Source of the DNA: Eledone cirrhosa
Lineage: Eukaryota
Assembly (NCBI GenBank): GCA_964016885.1
Contig: OZ024744.1
Location: 34,410,001-34,474,000, forward strand
Direction: 5' to 3'
Length of the DNA stretch: 64,000 nucleotides
The position numbers and the translations under genes were made by a program. Shown here piece by piece: positions 1 to 13,900 of the stretch. Under the pieces are notes generated by a model. It had not been told where the DNA came from. It made no database searches and saw only the letters and a program-made list of their open reading frames with translations. The first letter of the stretch is position 1. Each line of letters begins with the position of its first letter.

Positions 1-3000
1 GTGCCTTTTGTTGTGACACCGACATGACCACTTTACAGTGTGGTCTGGGTGCCTTTTGTTGTGACACCGACATAACCACTTTACATGCTGGACTGGGTCC
101 CTTTTGTTGTGAAGCCGACATGACCACTTTACAGTGTGACTGGGTGTCTTTTGTTGTGACACCGACATGACCACTTTACAGTGTGGAATGGGTGCCTTTT
201 GTTGTGACGACGACATGACCACTTTACAGTGTGGACTGGGTGCCTTTTGTTGTGACACCGACATAACCACTTTACAGTGTGGCTGGGGTGCCTTTTGTTG
301 TGACGCCGACATGACCACTTTACAGTGTGGACTGGGTACCTTTTGTTGTGCGCACCATGAACACTTTACAGCGTGGTCTGCGTGCCTTTTATTGTGACAC
401 CTACATGACCAATTTACAGTGTCGAATGGGTGCCTTTTGTTGTGACGCCGACATGAAAACTTGACAGTATTGACTGGGTGCCTTTTGTTGTAACGCCGGC
501 ATGACCACTTTACAGTGTGGACTGGGCGCCTTTTGTTGTGACACCTATATGACCATTTTACAGTGTCGTATGGGTGCCTTTTGTTGTGACGCCGACATGA
601 CCACTTTACTGTATGGACTGGGTGCCTTATGTTGTGACTCCGACATGAACACTTTACAGTGTGGGCTGGGTGCCTTTTGTTGTGAGGCCGACATAACCAC
701 TTTACAGTGTGGCCTGTGTGACTATTGTTGTGACTCCAACATGACCACTTTACAGCGTGGACTGGGTGCCTTTTTATGTGTCCGACATGAACACTTTACA
801 GTATGGACTGGGTGCTTTTTGTTGTGACGCCGATACGACCACTTTACAGTATGGACCGGGTGTTTTTTGTTGTAACGCCGACATGACCATTTTACAGTGT
901 GGCCTGGGTGCCTTTTGTTGTTACGCCGACATGACCACTTTACTGTATGGACTGGGGGCCTTTTGTTGTGAGGCCGACATGACCACATTACAGTGTGGGC
1001 TGGGTGCCTTTTGTTGTGACGCCGACATGACCACTTTACAGTGTGGACTGGGTGTTATTTCTTGTGAGCCGAAATGACCACTTTACAGTGTGGACTGGGT
1101 GCCTCTTGTTGTGACGCCACATGACCACTTTACAGTGTGGGCTGGGTGCTTTTGTTGTGACACCTACATGACCACTTTACAGTGTCGAATGCGTGCCTTT
1201 TGTTGTGAGGCCGACATGAACACTTTAGAGTATGGACTGGGTGCCTTTTGTTGTGGGGCCGACATGACCACTTTACAGTGTGGAATGGGTGCCTTTTGTT
1301 GTGCGCGCCATAAACACTTTACAGTGTGGACTGGGTGCCTTATGTTGTGACTCCGACATGAACACTTTACAGTGTGGGCTGGGTGCCTTTTGTTGTGAGG
1401 CCTACATAACCACTTTACAGTGTGGTCTGGGTGCATTTTGTTGTAACGCCGACATGACCATTTTACAGTGTGGACTGGGTTCCTTTTGTTGTGACGCCAA
1501 CATGACCACATTACAGTGTGGGCTGGGTGCCTCTTGTTGTGACGCCGACATAACCACTTTACAGTGTGGACTGGGTGTTTTTTCTCGTGAGCCGACATGA
1601 CCACTTTACAGTGTGGAGTGGGTGCCTCTTGTTGTGACACCACATGACCACTTTACAGTATGGACTGGGCGCCTTTTGTTGTAACGCCGGCATGACCACT
1701 TTACAGTGTGGACTGGGCGCCTTTTGTTGTGACACCTATATGACCATTTTACAGTGTCGTATGGGTGCCTTTTGTTGTGACGCCGACATGACCACTTTAC
1801 TGTATGGATTGGGTGCCTTATGTTGTGACTCCAACATGAACACTTTACAGTTTGGGCTGGGTGCCTTTTGTTGTGACGCCGACATGACCACTTTACAGTG
1901 TGGACTGGGTGCTTTTGTTGTGACACCTACATGACCACTTTACAGTGTCGAATGGGTGCCTTTTGTTGTGGCGCCGACATGAACACTTTAGAGTATGGAC
2001 TGGGTGCCTTTTGTTGTTACCCCGACATGACCACTTTACTGTATGGACTGGGTGTCTTATGTTGTGACGCCGACATGACCACTTTACAGTGTGGGCTGGG
2101 TGCCTTTTGTTGTGACACCGACATAACCACTTTACAGTGTGGACTGGGCGCCTTTTGTTGTGACACCTACATGACCAACTTACAGTGTCGAACGGGTGCC
2201 TTTCGTTGTGACGCCGACATGAAAACTTGACAGTATGGACTGGGTGCCTTTTGTTGTAACGCCGACATGACCACTTTACAGTGTGGACTGGGTGCCTTTT
2301 GTTGTGACGCCGACATAACCACTTTACTGTATGGACAGGGTGCCTTATGTTGTGACTCCGACATGAACACTTTACAGTGTGGGCTGGGTGCCTTTTGTTG
2401 TGACACCGACATGACCACATTACAGCGTGGGCTGGGTGCCTTTTGTTGTGACGCCGACATGACGATTTTACAGTGTGGACTGGGTGTTTTTTCTTGTGAG
2501 CCGACATGACCACTTTACAGTGTGGACTGGGTGCCTCTTGTTGTGACGCCACATGACCACTTTACAGTGTGAACTGGGTGCTTTTGTTGTGACACCTACA
2601 TGACCACTTTACAGTGTCGAATGGGTGCCTTTTGTTGTGAGGCCGACATGAACACTTTAGAGTATGGACTGGGTACCTTTTGTTGTTACGCCGACATGAC
2701 CACTTTACTGTATGGACTGGCTGCCTTATGTTGTGACGCCGACATAACCACTTTACAGTGTGGACTGGGCGCCTTTTGTTGTGACACGTACATGACCAAT
2801 TTACAGTGTCGTATGGGTGCCTTTTGTTGTGACGCCGACATGACCACTTTACTGTATGGACTGGGTGCCTTATGTTGTGACTCCGACATGAACACTTTAC
2901 AGTGTGGGCTGGGTGCCTTTTGTTGTGAGGCCTACATAACCACTTTACAGTGTGGTCTGGGTGACTAATGTTGTGACGCCAACATGACCACTTTACAGTG

Positions 3001-6000
3001 TGGACTGGGTGCCTTTTGTTGTGACGACGACACGACCACATTACAGTGTGGGCTGGGTGCCTTTTGTTGTGACGCCGACATGACCACTTTACAGTGTGGA
3101 CTGGGTGTTTTTTCTTGTGAGCCGACATGACCACTTTACAGTGTGGACTGGGTGCCTCTTGTTGTGACGCCACATGAACACTTTACTGTATGGACTGGGT
3201 GCCTTTTGTTGTGACACCGACATGACCACTTTACAGTGTGGGCTGGGTCCCTTTTGTTGTGACACCGACATAACCACTTTACAGTGTGGACTGGGTGCCT
3301 TTTGTTGTGCGCGCCATGAACACTTTACAGTGTGGTCTGCGTGCCTTTTGTTGTGACACCTACATGACCAATTTACAGTGTCGAACGGGTGCCTTTCGTT
3401 GTGACGCCGACATGAAAACTTGACAGTATGGACTGGGTGCCTTTTGTTGTAACGCCGACATGACCACTTTACAGTGTGGACTGGGTGCCTTTTGTTGTGA
3501 CGCCGACATAACCACTTTACTGTATGGACTGGGTGCCTTATGTTGTGACTCCGACATGAACACTTTACAGTGTGGGCTGGGTGCCTTTTGTTGTGACACC
3601 GACATGACCACATTACAGCGTGGACTGGGTGTTTTTTCTTGTGAGCCGACATGACCACTTTACAGTGTGGACTGGGTGCCTCTTGTTGTGACGCCACATG
3701 ACCACTTTACAGTGTGGACTGGGTGCTTTTGTTGTGACACCGACATGACCACTTTACATGCTGGACTGGGTGCCTTTTGTTGTGACGCCGACATGACCAC
3801 TTTACAGTGTGGACTGGGTGCCTTTTGTTGTGACACCGACAGGACCAATTTACAGTGTGGACTGGGTGCCTTTTGTTGTGACACCGACATGAACACTTTA
3901 CTGTATGGACTGGGTGCCTTTTGTTGTGACACCGACAGGACCACTTTACATGCTGGACTGGGTGCCTTTTGTTGTGACGCCGACATGACCACTTTACAGT
4001 GTGACTGGGTGCCTTTTGTTGTGACACCGACATGACCACTTTACAGTGTGGACTGGGTGCCTTTTGTTGTGACACCGACATGACCACTTTACATGCTGGA
4101 CTGGGTGCCTTTTGTTGTGACGCCGACATGACCACTTTACAGTGTGGACTGGGTGCCTTTTGTTGTGACACCGACATGAACACTTTACTGTATGGACTGG
4201 GTGCCTTTTGTTGTGACGCCGACATGACCACTTTACAGTGTGGACTGGGTGCCTTTTGTTGTGACACCGACATGACCACTTTACAGTGTGGACTGGGTGC
4301 CTTTTGTTGTGACGACGACATGACCACATTACAGTGTGGGCTGGGTGCCTTTTGTTGTGACGCCGACATGACCACTTTACAGTGTGGACTGGGTGTTTTT
4401 TCTTGTGAGCCGACATGACCACTTTACAGTGTGGACTGGGTGCCTCTTGTTGTGACGCCACATGACCACTTTACAGTGTGGACTGGGTGCTTTTGTTGTG
4501 ACACCGACATGACCACTTTACATGCTGGACTGGGTGCCTTTTGTTGTGACGCCGACATGACCACTTTACAGTGTGGACTGGGTGCCTTTTGTTGTGACAC
4601 CGACAGGACCACTTTACAGTGTGGACTGGGTGTCTTTTGTTGTGACACCGACATGAACACTTTACTGTATGGACTGGGTGCCTTTTGTTGTGGCACCGAC
4701 AGGACCACTTTACATGCTGGACTGGGTGCCTTTTGTTGTGACGCCGACATGACCACTTTACAGTGTGGACTGGGTGCCTTTTGTTGTGACACCGACATGA
4801 CCACTTTACAGTGTGGATGGGTGCCTTTTGTTGTTACGCCGACATGACCACTTTACTGGCTGGACTGGGTGCCTTTTGTTGTGATGCCGACATGACCACT
4901 TTACAGTGTGGACTGGGTGCCTTTTGTTGTGACACCGACATGAACACTTTACTGTATGGACTGGGTGCCTTTTGTTGTGACGCCGACATGACCACTTTAC
5001 AGTGTGGACTGGGTGCCTTTTGTTGTGACACCGACATGACCACTTTACAGTGTGGACGGAGTGCCTTTTGTTGTGACACCGACATAACCACTTTACATGC
5101 TGGACTGGGTGCCTTTTGTTGTGACGCCGACATGACCACTTTACAGTGTGGACTGGGTGTCTTTTGTTGTGACACCGACATGACCACTTTACAGTGTAGA
5201 ATGGGTGCCTTTTGTTGTGGCACCGACATGACCACTTTACATGCTGGACTGGGTGCCTTTTGTTGTGATGCCGACATGACCACTTTACAGTGTGGACTGG
5301 GTGCCTTTTGTTGTGACACCGACATAACCACTTTACAGTGTGGCTGGGGTGCCTTTTGTTGTGACGCCGACATGACCACTTTACAGTGTGGACTGGGTGC
5401 CTTTTGTTGTGCGCGCCATGACCACTTTACAGTGTGGTCTGCGTGCCTTTTGTTGTGACACCTACATGACCAATTTACAGTGTCGAATGGGTGCCTTTTG
5501 TTGTGACGCCGACATGAAAACTTGACAGTATTGACTGGGTGCCTTTTGTTGTAACGCCGGCATGACCACTTTACAGTGTGGACTGGGCGCCTTTTGTTGT
5601 GACACCTATATGACCATTTTACAGTGTCGTATGGGTGCCTTTTGTTGTGACGCCGACATGACCACTTTACTGTATGGACTGGGTGCCTTATGTTGTGACT
5701 CCGACATGAACACCTTACAGTGTGGGCTGGGTGCCTTTTGTTGTGAGGCCGACATAACCACTTTACAGTGTGGCCTGGGTGACTATTGTTGTGACGCCAA
5801 CATGACCACTTTACAGCGTGGACTGGGTGCCTTTTGTTGTGACGCCGACATGAACACTTTACAGTATGGACTGGGTGCTTTTTGTTGTGACGCCGATATG
5901 ACCACTTTACAGTATGGACCGGGTGTTTTTTATTGTGGCGCCGACATGACCACTTGACAGTATGGACTGCTTGCCTTAGTTGTAACGCCAACATGACCAT

Positions 6001-7959
6001 TTTACAGTGTGGACTGGGTGCCTTTTGTTGTGACACCTACATGACCACTTTGCAGTGTCGTATGGGTGCCTTTTGTTGTGACGCCGACATGACAACTTTA
6101 CTGTATGGACTGGGTGCCTTATGTTGTGACTCCGACATGAACACTTTACAGTGTGAGCTGGGTGCCTTTTGTTGTGAGGCCGACATGACCACATTACAGT
6201 GTGGGCTGGGTGCCTTTTGTTGCGATGCCGACATGACCACTTTACAGTGTGGATTGGGTGTTATTTCTTGTGAGCCGAAATGACCACTTTACAGTGTGGA
6301 CTGGGTGCCTTTTGTTGTGCGCGCCATGAACACTTTACAGTGTGGTCTGCGTGCCTTTTGTTGTGACACCTACATGACCAATTTACAGTGTCGAATGGGT
6401 GCCTTTTGTTGTGACGCCGACATGACCATTTTACAGTGTGGACTGGGTGTTTTTTCTTGTGAGCCGACATGACCACTTTACAGTGTGGACTGGGTGCCTC
6501 TTGTTGTGACGCCACATGACCACTTTACAGTGTGAACTGGGTGCTTTTGTTGTGACACCTACATGACCACTTTACAGTGTCGAATGGGTGCCTTTTGTTG
6601 TGAGGCCGACATGAACACTTTAGAGTATGGACTGGGTACCTTTTGTTGTTACGCCGACATGACCACTTTACTGTATGGACTGGGTACCTTATGTTGTGAC
6701 GCCGACATGACCACTTTACAGTGTGGACTGGGCGCCTTTTGTTGTGACACGTACATGACCAATTTACAGTGTCGTATGGGTGCCTTTTGTTGTGACGCCG
6801 ACATGACCACTTTAATGTATGGACTGGGTGCCTTATGTTGTGACTCCGACATGAACACTTTACAGTGTGGGCTGGGTGCCTTTTGTTGTGAGGCCTACAT
6901 AACCACTTTACAGTGTGGTCTGGGTGACTAATGTTGTGACGCCAACATGACCACTTTACAGTGTGGACTGGGTGCCTTTTGTTGTGACGACGACATGACC
7001 ACATTACAGTGTGGGCAGGGTGCCTTTTGTTGTGACGCCGACATGACCACTTTACAGTGTGGACTGGGTGTTTTTTCTTGTGAGCCGACATGACCACTTT
7101 ACAGTGTGGGCTGGGTGCCTCTTGTTGTGACGCCACATGAACACTTTACTGTATGGACTGGGTGCCTTTTGTTGTGACACCGACATGACCACTTTACAGT
7201 GTGGGCTGGGTCCCTTTTGTTGTGACACCGACATAACCACTTTACAGTGTGGACTGGGTGCCTTTTGTTGTGCGCGCCATGAACACTTTACAGTGTGGTC
7301 TGCGTGCCTTTTGTTGTGACACCTACATGACCAATTTACAGTGTCGAACGGGTGCCTTTCGTTGTGACGCCGACATGAAAACTTGACAGTATGGACTGGG
7401 TGCCTTTTGTTGTAACGCCGACATGACCACTTTACAGTGTGGACTGGGTGCCTTTTGTTGTGACGCCGACATAACCACTTTACTGTATGGACTGGGTGCC
7501 TTATGTTGTGACTCCGACATGAACACTTTACAGTGTGGGCTGGGTGCCTTTTGTTGTGACACCGACATGACCACATTACAGCGTGGGCTGGGTGCCTTTT
7601 GTTGTGACGCCGACATGAACACTTTACAGTGTGGACTGGGTGTTTTTTCTTGTGAGCCGACATGACCACTTTACAGTGTGGACTGGGTGCCTCTTGTTGT
7701 GACGCCACATGACCACTTTACAGTGTGGACTGGGTGCTTTTGTTGTGACACCTACATGACCACTTTACAGTGTGGACTGGGTGCCTTTTGTTGTGACACC
7801 GACAGGACCAATTTACAGTGTGGACTGGGTGCCTTTTGTTGTGACACCGACATGAACACTTTACTGTATGGACTGGGTGCCTTTTGTTGTGACACCGACA
7901 GGACCACTTTACATGCTGGACTGGGTGCCTTTTGTTGTGACGCCGACATGACCACTTTA

Positions 7960-10900
7960 CAGTGTGGACTGGGTGTTTTTTCTTGTGAGCCGACATGACC
8001 ACTTTACAGTGTGGACTGGGTGCCTCTTGTTGTGACGCCACATGACCACTTTACAGTGTGGACTGGGTGCTTTTGTTGTGACACCGACATGACCACTTTA
8101 CATGCTGGACTGGGTGCCTTTTGTTGTGACGCCGACATGACCACTTTACAGTGTGGACTGGGTGCCTTTTGTTGTGACACCGACAGGACCACTTTACAGT
8201 GTGGACTGGGTGTCTTTTGTTGTGACACCGACATGAACACTTTACTGTATGGACTGGGCGCCTTTTGTTGTGACACCGACATGAACACTTTACATGCTGG
8301 ACTGGGTGCCTTTTGTTGTGACGCCGACATGACCACTTTACAGTGTGGACTGGGTGCCTTTTGTTGTGACACCGACATGAACACTTTACTGTATGGACTG
8401 GGTGCCTTTTGTTGTGACGCCGACATGACCACTTTACAGTGTGGACTGGGTGCCTTTTGTTGTGACACCGACATGACCACTTTACAGTGTGGACTGGGTG
8501 CCTTTTGTTGTGACACCGACATAACCACTTTACATGCTGGACTGGGTGCCTTTTGTTGTGACGCCGACATGACCACTTTACAGTGTGGACTGGGTGTCTT
8601 TTGTTGTGACACCGACATGACCACTTTACAGTGTAGAATGGGTGCCTTTTGTTGTGGCACCGACATGACCACTTTACATGCTGGACTGGGTGCCTTTTGT
8701 TGTGATGCCGACATGACCACTTTACAGTGTGGACTGGGTGCCTTTTGTTGTGACACCGACATAACCACTTTACAGTGTGGCTGGGGTGCCTTTTGTTGTG
8801 ACGCCGACATGACCACTTTACAGTGTGGACTGGGTGCCTTTTGTTGTGCGCGCCATGAACACTTTACAGTGTGGTCTGCGTGCCTTTTGTTGTGACACCT
8901 ACATGACCAATTTACAGTGTCGAATGGGTGCCTTTTGTTGTGACGCCGACATGAAAACTTGACAGTATTGACTGGGTGCCTTTTGTTGTAACGCCGGCAT
9001 GACCACTTTACAGTGTGGACTGGGCGCCTTTTGTTGTGACACCTATATGACCATTTTACAGTGTCGTATGTGTGCCTTTTGTTGTGACGCCGACATGACC
9101 ACTTTACTGTATGGACTGGGTGCCTTATGTTGTGACTCCGACATGAACACTTTACAGTGTGGGCTGGGTGCCTTTTGTTGTGAGGCCGACATAACCACTT
9201 TACAGTGTGGCCTGGGTGACTATTGTTGTGACGCCAACATGACCACTTTACAGCGTGGACTGGGTGCCTTTTGTTGTGACGCCGACATGAACACTTTACA
9301 GTATGGACTGGGTGCTTTTTGTTGTGACGCCGATATGACCACTTTACAGTATGGACCGGGTGTTTTTTATTGTGGCGCCGACATGACCACTTGACAGTAT
9401 GGACTGCTTGCCTTAGTTGTAACGCCAACATGACCATTTTACAGTGTGGACTGGGTGCCTTTTGTTGTGACACCTACATGACCACTTTGCAGTGTCGTAT
9501 GGGTGCCTTTTGTTGTGACGCCGACATGACCACTTTACTGTATGGACTGGGTGACTTATTTTGTGACTCCGACATGAACACTTTACAGTGTGAGCTGGGT
9601 GCCTTTTGTTGTGAGGCCGACATGACCACATTACAGTGTGGGCTGGGTGCCTTTTGTTGCGATGCCGACATGACCACTTTACAGTGTGGATTGGGTGTTA
9701 TTTCTTGTGAGCCGAAATGACCACTTTACAGTGTGGACTGGGTGCCTTTTGTTGTGCGCGCCATGAACACTTTACAGTGTGGTCTGCGTGCCTTTTGTTG
9801 TGACACCTACATGACCAATTTACAGTGTCGAATGGGTGCTTTTTGTTGTGACGCCGACATGAAAACTTGACAGTGTGGACTGGTTGCCTTTAGTTGTAAC
9901 TCCGACATGACCACTTTACAGTGTGGACTGGGCGCCTTTTGTTGTGACACCTACATGACACTTTACAGTGTCGTATGGGTGCCTTTTGTTGTGACGCCGA
10001 CATGACCACTTTACTGTATGGACTGGGTGCCTTATGTTGTGACTCCGACATGAACACTTTACAGTGTGGGCTGGGTGCCTTTTGTTGTGAGGCCTACATA
10101 ACCACTTTACAGTGTGGTCTGGGTGCATTTTGTTGTAACGCCGACATGACCATTTTACAGTGTGGACTGGGTTCCTTTTGTTGTGACGCCAACATGACCA
10201 CATTACAGTGGGGGCTGGGTGCCTTTTGTTGCGACGCCGACATGACCACTTTACAGTGTGGACTGGGTGTTTTTTCTTGTGAGCCGACATGACCACTTTA
10301 CAGTGTGGACTGGCTGCCTCTTGTTGTGACACCACATGACCACTTTACAGTGTGGACTGGCTGCCTTTTGTTGTGACGCCGACATGACCACTTTACAGTA
10401 TGGACTGGGTGCTTTTTTGTTGTGACGCCGATATGACCACTTTACAATATGGACTGGGTGTTTTTTTTTGTGGAGCCGACATGACCACTTGACAGTATGG
10501 ACTGGGTGCCTTTTGTTGTAACGCCGACATGACCATTTTACAGTGTGGACTGGGTGCCTTTTGTTGTGACACCTACATGACCACTTTACAGTGTCGTATG
10601 GGTGCCTTTTGTTGTGACGCCGACATGACCACTTTACTGTATGGATTGGGTGCCTTATGTTGTGACTCCAACATGAACACTTTACAGTGTGGGCTGGGTG
10701 CCTTTTGTTGTGACGCCGACATGACCACTTTACAGTGTGGACTGGGTGCTTTTGTTGTGACACCTACATGACCACTTTACAGTGTCGAATGGGTGCCTTT
10801 TGTAGTGGCGCCGACATGAACACTTTACTGTATGGACTGGGTGTCTTATGTTGTGACGCCGACATGACCACTTTAAAGTGTGGGCTGGGTGCCTTTTGTT

Positions 10901-13900
10901 GTGACACCGACATAACCACTTTACAGTGTGGACTGGGTGCCTTTTGTTGTGCGCGCCATGAACACTTTACAGTGTGGTCTGCGTGCCTTTTGTTGTGACA
11001 CCTACATGACCAATTTACAGTGTCGAACGGGTGCCTTTCGTTGTGACGCCGACATGAAAACTTGACAGTATGGACTGGGTGCCTTTTGTTGTAACGCCGA
11101 CATGACCACTTTACAGTGTGGACTGGGTGCCTTTTGTTGTGACGCCGACATAACCACTTTACTGTATGGACTGGGTGCCTTATGTTGTGACTCCGACATG
11201 AACACTTTACAGTGTGGGCTGGGTGCCTTTTGTTGTGACACCGACATGACCACATTACAGCGTGGGCTGGGTGCCTTTTATTGTGACGCCGACATGACCA
11301 CTTTACAGTGTGGGCTGGGTGTTTTTTCTTGTGAGCCGACATGACCACTTTACATTGTGGACTGGGTGCCTGTTGTTGTGACGCCACATGACCACTTTAC
11401 AGTGTGGACTGGGTGCTTTTGTTGTGACACCTACATGACCACTTTACAGTGTCGAATGGGTGCCTTTTGTTGTGAGGCCGACATGAACACTTTAGAGTAT
11501 GGACTGGGTACCTTTTGTTGTTACGCCGACATGACCACTTTACTGTATGGACTGGGTGCCTCATGTTGTGACGCCGACATGACCACTTTACAGTGTGGAC
11601 TGGGCGCCTTTTGTTGTGACACATACATGACCAATTTACAGTGTCGTATGGGTGTCTTTTGTTGTGACGCCGACATGACCACTTTACTGTATGGACTGGG
11701 TGCCTTATGTTGTGACTCCGACATGAACACTTTACAGTGTGGGCTGGGTGCCTTTTGTTGTGAGGCCTACATAACCACTTTACAGTGTGGACTGGGTGCC
11801 TTTTGTTGTGACACCGACATGAACACTTTACTGTATGGACTGGGTGCCTTTTGTTGTGAGGCCGACATGACCACATTACAGTGTGGGCTGGGTGCTTTTG
11901 TTGTGACACCTACATGACCACTTTACAGTTTCGAATGGGTGCCTTTTGTTGTGAGGCCGACATGACCACTTTACTGTATGGACTGGGTGCCTTATGTTGT
12001 GACGCCGACATGACCACTTTACAGTGTGGGCTGGGTGTCTTTTGTTGTGACACCGACATAACCACTTTACATTGTGGCTTGGGTGCCTTTTGTTGTGACG
12101 CCGACATGACCACTTTACAGTGTGGACTGGGTGCCTTTTGTTGTGCGCGCCATGAACACTTTACAGTGTTGTCTGCGTGCCTTTTGTTGTGACACCTACA
12201 TGACCAATTTACAGTGCCGAATGGGTGCTTTTTGTTGTGACGCCGACATGAAAACTTGACAGTGTGGACTGGTTGCCTTTTGTTGTAACGCCGACATGAC
12301 CACTTTACAGTGTCGTATGGGTGCCTTTTGTTGTGACGCCGACATGACCACTTTACTGTATGGACTGGGTGCCTTATGTTGTGACTCCGACATGAACACT
12401 TTACAGTGTGGGCTGGGTGCCTTTTGTTGTGAGGCCTACATAACCACTTTACAGTGTGGTCTGGGTGCATTTTGTTGTTACGCCGACATGACCACTTTAC
12501 TGTATGGACTGGGTGCCTTTTGTTGTGACGCCGACATGACCACTTTACAGTGTGGGCTGGGTGCCTTTTGTTGTGACTCCGACATGACCACTTTACAGTG
12601 TGGACTGGGTGCCTTATGTTGTGACGCCGACATGACCACTTTACAGTGTGGACTGGCTGCCTTTTGTTGTGACACCTACATGACCACTTTACAGTGTGGG
12701 CTGGGTGCCTTTTGTTGTGACTCCGACATGACCACTTTACAGTGTGGACTGGCTGCCTTTTGTTGTGACGCCGACATGACCACTTTACAGTGTGGACTGA
12801 GTGCCTTTTGTTGTGACGACGACATAACCACTTTAGAGTATGGACTGGGTGCCTTTTATTGTGAGCCGACATGACCAATTTACTGTATGGACTGGGGGCC
12901 TTATGTTGTGGCGCCGACATGACCACTTTACAGTGTGGGCTGGGTGCCTTTTGTTTGACGCCGACATAACCACTTTACAGTGTGGGCTGGGTGTCTTTAG
13001 TTGTGACGCCAACATGACCACTTTACTGTATGGACTGGGGGCCTTATGTTGTGGCGCCGACATGAACACTTTACAGTGTGGGCTGGGTGCCTTTTGTTGT
13101 GAGGCCTACATTACCACTTTACAGTGTGGTTTGGGTGACTATTGTTGTGACGCCAACATGACCACTTTACAGTGTGGACTGGGTGCCTTTTGTTGTGACG
13201 CCGACATGACCACTTTACATGCTGGACTGGGTGCCTTTTGTTGTGACGCCGACATGACCACTTTACAGTGTGGACTGGGTGCCTTTTGTTGTGACACCGA
13301 CATGAACACTTTACTGTATGGACTGGGTGCCTTTTGTTGTGAGGCCGACATGACCACATTACAGTGTGGGCTGGGTGCTTTTGTTGTGACACCTACATGA
13401 CCACTTTACAGTTTCGAATGAGTGCCTTTTGTTGTGAGGCCGACATGACCACTTTACTGTTTGGACTGGGTGCCTTATGTTGTGACGCCGACATGACCAC
13501 TTTACAGTGTGGGCTGGGTGTCTTTTGTTGTGACACCGACATAACCACTTTACAGTGTGGCTTGGGTGCCTTTTGTTGTGACGCCGACATGACCACTTTA
13601 CAGTGTTGTCTGCGTGCCTTTTGTTGTGACACCTACAGGACCAATTTACAGTGCCGAATGGGTGCTTTTTGTTGTGACGCCGACATGAAAACTTGACAGT
13701 GTGGACTGGTTGCCTTTTGTTGTAACGCCGACATGACCACTTTACAGTGTCGTATGGGTGCCTTTTGTTGTGACGCCGACATGACCACTTTACTGTATGG
13801 ACTGGGTGCCTTATGTTGTGACTCCGACATGAACACTTTACAGTGTGGGCTGGGTGCCTTTTGTTGTGAGGCCTACATAACCACTTTACAGTGTGGTCTG